Part shown: positions 28,216 through 36,266 of the stretch, in pieces
Numbering within the stretch: position 1 is the stretch's first letter
How the letters are laid out: every line of letters starts with the position of its first letter
Source: an uncultured Planctomycetales bacterium
GTDB lineage: Bacteria; Planctomycetota; UBA1135
Assembly (NCBI GenBank): GCA_964464385.1
Contig: CAYXFZ010000004.1
Span: 14,898 to 51,852 of the forward strand
Reading direction: 5' to 3'
Length of the DNA: 36,955 bases
Made by a program: the position numbers and the translations under genes
Notes under the pieces: model-generated
Database searches by the model: none
The model's input: only the letters and a program-made list of their open reading frames with translations
What the model was told of the DNA's origin: nothing

Positions 28216-29384
28216 CCTCATCTCGATTGCTCGTCTTCGAAGGCAACTCAGTCTTTTCGGATCATGCGACCTCTTGGAACGATCTTCTCAAACGATCCGA
28301 CTCTCCTTCATTTTTTCTTCGCTCCGACTGGTTGGATCTTTGGGCCCGGCATTGGGGCCAAGATCACCGCCTCTTTCTCGTCGTCTGCGAAGAAGATGGG
28401 CAATGGATCGGCGGGGCTCCGCTTGCCTTGGGCAGGGGCCGCGTCGGCGGCCGCTGGCCGGTGCGCAAATTGGAATTCGCCGGCATGCCCTGGTTCGACC
28501 GAATGGAAATTCCAGCGATTTCCGCCGCCGCCTGTAAACAGACTTTGCAGGCCATTCTTTATTGGGCCAAGACGGATCTCTGCGCTTGGACCGCCTTCGC
28601 CCTGCAAGAGGTTCCCAACGGATCGGATACCTTGCACGCCTTGCAAACTCTGAGCAAAGAACAAGTGTTTCCTCTGCACTCCGTCCTTGCCTCCGAAGCG
28701 CCCATGGTAGATCTTCTCTCGGGCGGCAACACCTCCAGCAAATACCGCCGACAACTTCGGCAGTCCATGGAACAACTTCAGGAACTGGGCCAAGTGGATG
28801 TGGATTTCTGCGTGGTCCCCGCCGCAAGAGTCGAAGAATGGATGATCGAGTGCGCAGAAGTGGAAGCAGCTTCTTGGAAAGGAAAGGATGAGGTTGGGGT
28901 ATTTCGCGATTCCTCCCATCGCGCATTCATGGCTGAAATTTGGACTGCACTTGCGCCAGAAAAAGGGGTTGCTCTCTGCACCATTCGCTTGGATGGAAGG
29001 CTTCTGATTTACCACTGGGGATTTCGCCACCTCAATCGCTTTCTTTCCTACAACTTGGCCCAGCGTCCGGAGACGAATGCCTTACGCGGTGGCTCCTTGG
29101 CCCTGAAACATATGGTGCAACATGGGTCGGATCTGGGCTTTACGGCCATAGACGCCTCTCGTGGATCCTTGACCAGCCCCAACATCATCGGTCGCTACCA
29201 CGGCCCTGTCCGTTGCCACGCAAACGCCGTTCTTTATGGACCCAACGCCGCTGGCAGTGCCCTGGCAACCCTTCGGGGATCCTGGATTCCAGCTGGTCGC
29301 CGCCTGCTTGGAAAAGCAGCGCGACGCAAACTTCCGCCCTGTGATACTGTTCCCGATTTGCCATGCACCGACGCGTCTGTCTAG
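28212..29384 (+). CDS. CelD/BcsL-like (Acetyltransf_6) double-GNAT protein
   Basis: WNDLL....SFFL..DWL..W, IGGAPL, EAASWKG and IRLDGRLL....GF. ATGA overlap with the sulfatase-like gene. Confidence 0.8.
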   Translation: MTSSRLLVFEGNSVFSDHATSWNDLLKRSDSPSFFLRSDWLDLWARHWGQDHRLFLVVCEEDGQWIGGAPLALGRGRVGGRWPVRKLEFAGMPWFDRMEIPAISAAACKQTLQAILYWAKTDLCAWTAFALQEVPNGSDTLHALQTLSKEQVFPLHSVLASEAPMVDLLSGGNTSSKYRRQLRQSMEQLQELGQVDVDFCVVPAARVEEWMIECAEVEAASWKGKDEVGVFRDSSHRAFMAEIWTALAPEKGVALCTIRLDGRLLIYHWGFRHLNRFLSYNLAQRPETNALRGGSLALKHMVQHGSDLGFTAIDASRGSLTSPNIIGRYHGPVRCHANAVLYGPNAAGSALATLRGSWIPAGRRLLGKAARRKLPPCDTVPDLPCTDASV

Positions 29385-30574
29385 GCAAGATCCCGGTCCT
29401 CACGTTGCATAGCGTGCGACGGCACGTTACCGAGAACTTGGGAGACCTCACTCTCCCGGACGATGTGTTTGAATTGTTGCTGCAATCCCTGCAGGCGGCC
29501 GGCTACCAATCGATTCGCTGTTCCGAACTCCTGGCCCACTTGGATCACGATGCCCCCCTGCCCCAGCGATCGGTGTTGCTGACCTTCGACGACGGTTATC
29601 TGGATAATCACACCGTTGCTGCTCCGTTGCTGCGCAAGTATGGTTTTTTTGCAACCGTATTTGTTGCCACTTCCATGCTGCATCCTGAGGAAGTGGTTCG
29701 CCCCACTACCGACGACACCGATTCCCCGCTCGAAACGGGATTCTTGTCGGCAACGGAAATCTTTTCCCTGGAAAAGGATGGGGTCTTCGAATTTCAATCC
29801 CACTCCCACGGCCACGACCGCGTGGCCATTTCCGCGGAGGTCGTGGATTTTCATCGCCCCGATGCGCCCTGCTGGTGGCTGTTACGTCAGCGATCGAAGC
29901 TGGAAGACCGCGCCCTGGAAGAAGAGCGTAGGAACAAGGCCGAACGAGTGCCTTGGGGCGTTCCTGTCCGAAAATCCGCTTGGGCTTGCGAAGCGGCCGC
30001 ATTTCATGCCCAAGAGAATCAGGAAAACTTATTGACTACTCATGTAGCCAGCCATGGCGGAGCCGCATTCTTTAAGCAAAACGACTGGCGAGCGCAACTG
30101 CAAGAAATTGTGGAATCCACCCCGGCTCAGGGCATGTTGGAAACAACGGAAGAAAGGAAGAAACGAGTCCTCATTGAATTGAAGCAAAGCAAGGAAATCC
30201 TCGAGGACATGCTCGGCCGTACTGTCCCCTATCTTGCTTGGCCGGGTGGCGGAATCGAGGCGCAAGCCCTGCGGTGGGCTTTGCAAGATGCCGGCTACGA
30301 AGCAACCTTTGGCACCAACCGCTCTTGCCATGGCGTAACTCCAAACCGCGATGCCATCCCTCGCGCTTACTTTCGCCAAAACTACCGCGGCCATTTCGAC
30401 CGCTCCCTGCGGGTCCAGCTTGCTCGGGGGATTTTGGACTGGGAAGCGGGTCGCATTTCAGGCTACCTCCGAAGTGCCGCCGTCCGCCGCCTCATGGGCT
30501 TATGCAAAAACCCTGCTTTCCCAAATCAACCGCGAACCAGGCCGGGCAAACCTCATTCTTCGTCGCCCACATAA
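29363..30574 (+). CDS. CE4 polysaccharide deacetylase with a large insertion
   Basis: IPVLTLH, LLTFDDGY, QSHSHGH and YLAWPGG. Start position uncertain. Confidence 0.87.
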   Translation: MHRRVCLGKIPVLTLHSVRRHVTENLGDLTLPDDVFELLLQSLQAAGYQSIRCSELLAHLDHDAPLPQRSVLLTFDDGYLDNHTVAAPLLRKYGFFATVFVATSMLHPEEVVRPTTDDTDSPLETGFLSATEIFSLEKDGVFEFQSHSHGHDRVAISAEVVDFHRPDAPCWWLLRQRSKLEDRALEEERRNKAERVPWGVPVRKSAWACEAAAFHAQENQENLLTTHVASHGGAAFFKQNDWRAQLQEIVESTPAQGMLETTEERKKRVLIELKQSKEILEDMLGRTVPYLAWPGGGIEAQALRWALQDAGYEATFGTNRSCHGVTPNRDAIPRAYFRQNYRGHFDRSLRVQLARGILDWEAGRISGYLRSAAVRRLMGLCKNPAFPNQPRTRPGKPHSSSPT

Positions 30575-32418
30575 CCCAAAGATGCCAAGTTTGCCTCCTC
30601 TTCGGCAGTGGGGCCACTGACCGGATCCGGTGTTTCAATGTTGGCCAAAAAAGTGTTCAATTCCGCGCGCATTTTCGCCAAGCGCTCAGGCTCAGCCGAA
30701 GCCTGATTGACCTCGATCCCCTGATTCAAGGGATAGAGTGCTTCCATCCCGGCCAAAGAGCGAACGTATTTCCAATTGGAACGCCACCATCCCTCCAACC
30801 TCAAATCTCCCAAGTTGCGTTGATAGGCCTCCATATAAATCCCGCGATCAGGCAAAACCCCGCCCACCAAGGCAGGGCCGAGATCCACACCTTGAAGGCC
30901 CTCAGGTAAGGCGAGACCTGCGAGGGAAAGCAGGGTCGGCATCAGATCCACTTGGCTAGCAGGAGAACCCACCCGCCGGCCCTTTTCCAGTCCGCCCGCG
31001 GGACGGATGGCGCAAACTACTTTTTGGGTCGCATCCCACAAGCTGTAGTGATGATTCAATGTGTATTGAAAGTCGGGATCGAAGTGGGCAGTTTCACCAA
31101 AACATTCACCATGGTCGGTCACAAGAACAACGATTGTATTTTTCAGTCCAGGATCCTTTTCCTCCACGGAAGACAAAAGTTCCCCCAGGAGGCCATCCAG
31201 TCGTTCAATTTCACCGCGCTGCAAGACCCATTCTTCTTCGACGGAAACGTCCGGCGCACGAGGACCCTCCGAGGCACGGGCAAGTACTCGATTGCGCACG
31301 GCATCCGGCGGAACATAAGGATGGTGGGCGTCGTAGAAATGAACCCACGAGAAGACAGGGCGATCGGAAACCTGGGAACGCCAACGGAGTGCTCGCGCCA
31401 AGGTGATTTCACCTGGAATGTATTTGCTGTTGGGGAGAAGGTCGCGAGGCAGAAGGCGTTCGGCAAGTTTGCTGCTGAAAGTCAGACCGGCCAGCAAAAC
31501 CGTGCCGGGAGAGGCGACCGGTCGGTCATCAAAGACCTGAAAACCACGGTCGAAATCGAACTGGCCGCGCAAAGCGTAGCCGGAAACAAAGCCGCCGGTG
31601 ACATAGCCCGCCATCTCTAAAACTTCAGGAAGGCGGGGAAGATTCAATTTGGGAGCGCGAAATCCGTTGCTTCTTTGGCCGTGGGTGGGTGGATAAAGTC
31701 CGCTCAAAATGGAAGCATGAGCGGGCCCGGTAATGGAAGAAACCGCACGAAAATCATCAAAGAACCATCCCTTGGCGGCAATGCGATCTAGGTTGGGTGT
31801 GTCCAAACCGCCCCCACCAAAGAGGGGCAAGGTGTCGGCACGAACCGTATCCCAAGTCACCAACACGATGTCCGGAAGACCTTCCGCAGAAAGCGGGTGG
31901 ATGGGGGCACGGGAAAGAAGGTCGGTTTCCGTGCCGCGCAGGGAATACATGCCAAAAAGCAGAGGGAAGACGGCAAGAGATGCGAAAAAACCTGCTCGCA
32001 CTTGGTCGACCGTTCCCTGGCCTCCGGCAACGATGCGTAAGGCCAGGCTTCCTAGCCATAGCCACAAAAAAGTACCGACCACGGCCCACCCCCACCAAAC
32101 CCCGGCCGTGGCAACGGGCATGCTCCAGTGCCATGGCGCCAAACCACCCAAAACGCGCAGGGCAACCAGAGTGAAGGCGCCGCCGACCAAGAGAGACTTG
32201 AGAGGAAGGGCGATGCCAAACCGCATGAAAGCCAAGCCCAAGAGGAGGCCACACCAGCCATAGAGCACCATGGGGGCCAACGGACCCACCAACCAAAACA
32301 TCGGGTCCACGATGACCGCCTTTTTCAAGGAAAAGACGAGGCCGGCTTCAAACAAACCGAGGGCCCAACCGGTGGCAAGCCCCGCGCAAGCTTCATGGGT
32401 GGTCCAGAGGCGCTTCAT
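30553..32418 (-). CDS. membrane-anchored sulfatase-like hydrolase/transferase (Thr at nucleophile position)
   Basis: TM N-terminus, VLVTWDTVRAD, SITGPAHASILSGLYP, HFYDAHHPY and TDHGECFGE; ends ASLGYVGDEE. Confidence 0.88.
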   Translation of the reverse strand: MKRLWTTHEACAGLATGWALGLFEAGLVFSLKKAVIVDPMFWLVGPLAPMVLYGWCGLLLGLAFMRFGIALPLKSLLVGGAFTLVALRVLGGLAPWHWSMPVATAGVWWGWAVVGTFLWLWLGSLALRIVAGGQGTVDQVRAGFFASLAVFPLLFGMYSLRGTETDLLSRAPIHPLSAEGLPDIVLVTWDTVRADTLPLFGGGGLDTPNLDRIAAKGWFFDDFRAVSSITGPAHASILSGLYPPTHGQRSNGFRAPKLNLPRLPEVLEMAGYVTGGFVSGYALRGQFDFDRGFQVFDDRPVASPGTVLLAGLTFSSKLAERLLPRDLLPNSKYIPGEITLARALRWRSQVSDRPVFSWVHFYDAHHPYVPPDAVRNRVLARASEGPRAPDVSVEEEWVLQRGEIERLDGLLGELLSSVEEKDPGLKNTIVVLVTDHGECFGETAHFDPDFQYTLNHHYSLWDATQKVVCAIRPAGGLEKGRRVGSPASQVDLMPTLLSLAGLALPEGLQGVDLGPALVGGVLPDRGIYMEAYQRNLGDLRLEGWWRSNWKYVRSLAGMEALYPLNQGIEVNQASAEPERLAKMRAELNTFLANIETPDPVSGPTAEEEANLASLGYVGDEE

Positions 32419-32430
32419 TCGGGCGGAATC

Positions 32431-34227
32431 TTACTCTTCTTCCTCGTCCACGTAGCCCAAAGACTGGAGAGTTGCCTGAGTGGCCGAGTCGAGATCAAAT
32501 TCTTCAGCCTTGCGAATTGGAATGGACGACCACCACCGCTGGAGTGCCAAGGACATGGCCCGTGCCCGAGCTGGATCCCGAATCAACCAATTGTCCGTTT
32601 CGAGAAAATTTCCATCTGCGGAGCCCCTGCGAAACAGCCACTCTTCTCCAGCCTGGGAGCGAATGTACTTCCAATCTCCTTGCACCCACCCCTGAAGCCT
32701 CTGGTCCCGCAAGCGCTTCTGCCAAGCCTCCATATAACGACCACGGTTGGCATCTACCGGTTGCAAAATATTTATCCCTTGCACACCTTCGGGCAAGGGA
32801 AGGCTTAAGACTGCACACAACATCGGCAGAACATCAACCTGCGTCGCCGGAACCTGGCTGCGATCTCCCCGCGTTCCCTTGCTTCCAGGCAAACGCAAAA
32901 TAGCGGGAACTTTTTGAGTGGCCTCGAACAAGCTTGGTTCGTGGGCCTGATGAATTCCGCCTTCACCAAAGCACTCGCCATGATCCGCGAGAAGAAGGAT
33001 CACCGTTTGCTCCAACCCAGGGTCTCGGTCATTCAAAAATTCCAGGAGTTTGCCCAAAGCGGAATCGAGCGCCATGATCTCACCACGTTGCAAGATCAGG
33101 GCTTCCTCATCGGCAGGGTCGAAAGCATGCGGCCCCTGGTCTGCACCCTTCTTGGCCACGGCTAGCATTTCGGAAGAGGGTTCATAGGGTGCATGTGCAT
33201 CAAAGAAATGGAGCCAAGCGAAGGTCGGCCGAGTCTGCTGCTCCATCCATTCGGTTGCTCTCTGCAAAACAGTTTCGCCGCGAATCATGCGCCGGGTGCC
33301 GCGCAAATCCGGCAAGAAGAGGCGAGCAAAAGAAGACGCGTATCCCCAGGATTGAAGAATGCGGCGCGTGGGAGTGGCCTCACTCCGATCGTCAAAGTAT
33401 TGGAATCCTTTGGCAAAACCAAATTGGGAATGGACAGGAAGAGCAGCCACAAAGGCACCGGTTGCCCAGCCGGCGGAATGTAAAATTTCCGGCAAGCGGG
33501 GCATTTCCAATTGCGGAGATTTCTCTCCATTTGCCCGCAAGCCATGACTTGGCGGAGTGAGTCCTGACAATATGGACGCGTGGGCGGGACCTGTAAGAGG
33601 AGCAACGGACAGAAAATCGTCGAACACGAGACCCTCCGCAGCCAATTGATCCAGGGCCGGAGTGGACACGCCGCCACCGCCAAACAGGGAAAGACTGTCC
33701 GCACGCACGGTATCCCAAGTCACTAAAACGACACTGATCGCATCTGCGGGGGCGGTTTGGCGAGATGCGACCGACTCCTTGGCTTGATCTCGGTGACCGT
33801 AAAAATATAGCCAGAAAACCCCCGGGGTCAAACAACAGAGAACACCGGCTCCAGCAAGCCAGCGCGGCAACTGGGGCCGCAATGAAAACTTGAACAGCAC
33901 TAGAGAGGAGACGGATCCCAATGCTGTCCATCCCAAGCCCGACATCTCAGGAAGGCCGCGGCGAATGCAAAGAAATCCAAGAAACAAGCAACCCAGAAAA
34001 TACAAAAACGTCCAAGGAAGTTGGCGTTTTCGTCCAAGAGCCATCGCAGCCAACCAACCCAAAATCCCATAGAAACAGCAATTCGTCACCGGAACAGCCA
34101 AATAAATCGAAGCGTCACCCAAGGATCCGGCACCACTCAAGACCACGCCTGCCTCAAACAAACCCAAGGCCCAACCCAAAAGTAGTCCACGCCGCTCCGA
34201 CGAGCCAGGATTCATAACCTCTTTCAT
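32431..34227 (-). CDS. membrane-anchored sulfatase-like hydrolase/transferase (Thr at nucleophile position), paralogue of the adjacent gene
   Basis: VLVTWDTVRAD, PLTGPAHASILSGLTP, HFFDAHAPY and ADHGECFGE; ends QSLGYVDEEEE. Start is ATG 34227 (ATGA overlap with the M20 stop) or 34215. Confidence 0.88.
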   Translation of the reverse strand: MKEVMNPGSSERRGLLLGWALGLFEAGVVLSGAGSLGDASIYLAVPVTNCCFYGILGWLAAMALGRKRQLPWTFLYFLGCLFLGFLCIRRGLPEMSGLGWTALGSVSSLVLFKFSLRPQLPRWLAGAGVLCCLTPGVFWLYFYGHRDQAKESVASRQTAPADAISVVLVTWDTVRADSLSLFGGGGVSTPALDQLAAEGLVFDDFLSVAPLTGPAHASILSGLTPPSHGLRANGEKSPQLEMPRLPEILHSAGWATGAFVAALPVHSQFGFAKGFQYFDDRSEATPTRRILQSWGYASSFARLFLPDLRGTRRMIRGETVLQRATEWMEQQTRPTFAWLHFFDAHAPYEPSSEMLAVAKKGADQGPHAFDPADEEALILQRGEIMALDSALGKLLEFLNDRDPGLEQTVILLLADHGECFGEGGIHQAHEPSLFEATQKVPAILRLPGSKGTRGDRSQVPATQVDVLPMLCAVLSLPLPEGVQGINILQPVDANRGRYMEAWQKRLRDQRLQGWVQGDWKYIRSQAGEEWLFRRGSADGNFLETDNWLIRDPARARAMSLALQRWWSSIPIRKAEEFDLDSATQATLQSLGYVDEEEE

Positions 34228-35648
34228 GTGCGAACGTGAGCGTCCAAAATAAGGGCCACGCTGGCCGTCAAACGCTTGCCCGTAGGAATATGCAGGAATT
34301 CGTTTGGACCATGTGCATTGGCTTCCGGCCCAAGAACTCCTGTAACAAGAAATTGCGCTTCTGGAAAGCGTTCCCCCAACATGCCCATGAAGGGGATCGT
34401 GCCGCCTTCTCCCATCCATGCCGGTGGCTCGCCAAAAAATTGGTGCGAAGCCTGAGCAACGGCATTTTGCAGCCATGGCGCGAGCGGCGGGGCATCCCAA
34501 CCATTGGCGCCCTTCTCTGCCTGAAATTCAACCCGGGCGCCACAAGGCGGATCCGTTTCCAAAAGGAGTTTCAATTCCTCGTTGGCGGATTTCCAGTCCG
34601 CCGTCGGCGCAAGACGCAAGGACAACTTGACCGAGGTGCGGGGACGCAAGACGTTGCCGGCATCGCCAAGATCGGGCAGACCGCCAGCACCCGTCACCGA
34701 AAGAGAAGGGCGCCAAGTGCGTTGCAGAACGGCTTCCGCCGGGTCATTCGCCATGGACTGAACTCCTTCGGCGAAGGGGAATCGGCCCCAAACTGCTTCG
34801 CCAAGAATTTCGCCTGATTCGCGCGCCTGGCTTTTGCGCTCTTCCGAGATCTCGGCATGACATCCCTCCACCAAGACTCGCCCCGTATTGGAATCTTCCA
34901 ATCGATCCAAAAGCTGGCGTAGAACTCGAAAGGAGGAGGGAACAATGCCGCTGGCATCGCCGGAATGCACACCTTCTTGCAACACATCAATCACCAAATT
35001 CCCGCCAATCATGCCGCGTAGGGATGTCGTCCCCCAAAGCCGATCGTAATCTCCGGCACCGGAATCCAGACAGATCACCAAATTAATCTGGCCAATCCGA
35101 TCCGCTAAATGTTCGACATAGTGGGGCAAATCCGGAGAACCACTTTCTTCGCTGCATTCGATGAGGATGGAACAACGGCGATGCCGACCGCCATGCAAAC
35201 GAAGGCCCTCGATGGCGGCCAAGGAGGCGAATGCCGCGTACCCATCATCCGCGCCACCCCGCCCATAGAGGCGATCACCCTTGCGAACGGGTTTCCACGG
35301 CCCAAGATCCTCGCGCCAGCCCTCCATTTCGGGTTGTTTGTCGAGGTGGCCATATAGCAGAACTCCATCGCCTGGTTCGCCGGGGACTTCCATGAACAAG
35401 AGTGGCGTGCGTCCAGGAAGACGCACCACCTCGATCGCTACACCATCCACTTGGCGGGAACGGCACCACGCCTCGGCTTGGGCAACGGCTTCGTTCAAAA
35501 ACCCGTGCTCCTCCCACTTGGGATCAAAGAGTGGAGATTTGCACGGATTGGCAATGTAGGTCGTCAGTTGGGGCAAGATTTCCTCTTCCCAGATCTGATC
35601 TGTCCAGACCATCAATTGGCCTGGATCAAGACTCGTAGCGGATTCCAT
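34224..35648 (-). CDS. M20 family metallopeptidase/dipeptidase-like
   Basis: YGHLDKQP, LYGRGGADDG, EESGS, GVHSG, GEGGTIPF and NAHGPNE. Start ATG 35648 preceded by GGAG. Confidence 0.92.
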   Translation of the reverse strand: MESATSLDPGQLMVWTDQIWEEEILPQLTTYIANPCKSPLFDPKWEEHGFLNEAVAQAEAWCRSRQVDGVAIEVVRLPGRTPLLFMEVPGEPGDGVLLYGHLDKQPEMEGWREDLGPWKPVRKGDRLYGRGGADDGYAAFASLAAIEGLRLHGGRHRRCSILIECSEESGSPDLPHYVEHLADRIGQINLVICLDSGAGDYDRLWGTTSLRGMIGGNLVIDVLQEGVHSGDASGIVPSSFRVLRQLLDRLEDSNTGRVLVEGCHAEISEERKSQARESGEILGEAVWGRFPFAEGVQSMANDPAEAVLQRTWRPSLSVTGAGGLPDLGDAGNVLRPRTSVKLSLRLAPTADWKSANEELKLLLETDPPCGARVEFQAEKGANGWDAPPLAPWLQNAVAQASHQFFGEPPAWMGEGGTIPFMGMLGERFPEAQFLVTGVLGPEANAHGPNEFLHIPTGKRLTASVALILDAHVRT

Positions 35649-35705
35649 CTTCTCCAGGATACGCCCTCCGAGCACCCCCCCCTCGGCGGCGTTTAGGATG
35701 CGTCC

Positions 35706-36266
35706 ATGGAGGAATCGGAGGGACGCAATCGGTTTTGCTTGGGGACCGGCATCGGTTGTTTTGCTGTTACTCTCGTCCTTTTCGGGTTAGCTTGGAAAAT
35801 CCGAGATTTTGTCTCCGGAACCGTCACCACCGAACCCGAAAAAATCGCGGCCATTGTTGGATCCCTCGTTCCTATAGATCCCCCTTCAGGATGGCTTTGG
35901 TCCTCGGCCGCCAGCGTCGACAACGCAAAAATAGCTTGGCTCACTGCCGAGGATTCAGGCCCGGACGACCCCTTGGTCATCGCCTACAGTTACCCCGCCG
36001 ATGGTGGCCGTGGCAAGGATCGACTTTGGCTCGAAGGATTCGAAATAAGCCGCCGCCGGGACGACCGCGGCCGCATGGTGGGCGAAGTGCCCTTCACTCT
36101 GGGAGGCGAGGGTGTTTCCGCCATAGAAACCCTCTTTGACGATGAATTTCGAGATTACACCCTGATCCTGCCACGAGGAGACGACACCGTATTTTTGGTG
36201 TTCTATGGCCCGACCAGCCAAGTTGACCCGGCGTGGGTCCAGACTCTTCTCAATCGAGCGCCTTAA
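35706..36266 (+). CDS. hypothetical single-TM protein
   Basis: N-terminal TM (CLGTGIGCFAVTLVLFGL) followed by a soluble domain; divergent from the M20 gene. Confidence 0.6.
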   Translation: MEESEGRNRFCLGTGIGCFAVTLVLFGLAWKIRDFVSGTVTTEPEKIAAIVGSLVPIDPPSGWLWSSAASVDNAKIAWLTAEDSGPDDPLVIAYSYPADGGRGKDRLWLEGFEISRRRDDRGRMVGEVPFTLGGEGVSAIETLFDDEFRDYTLILPRGDDTVFLVFYGPTSQVDPAWVQTLLNRAP

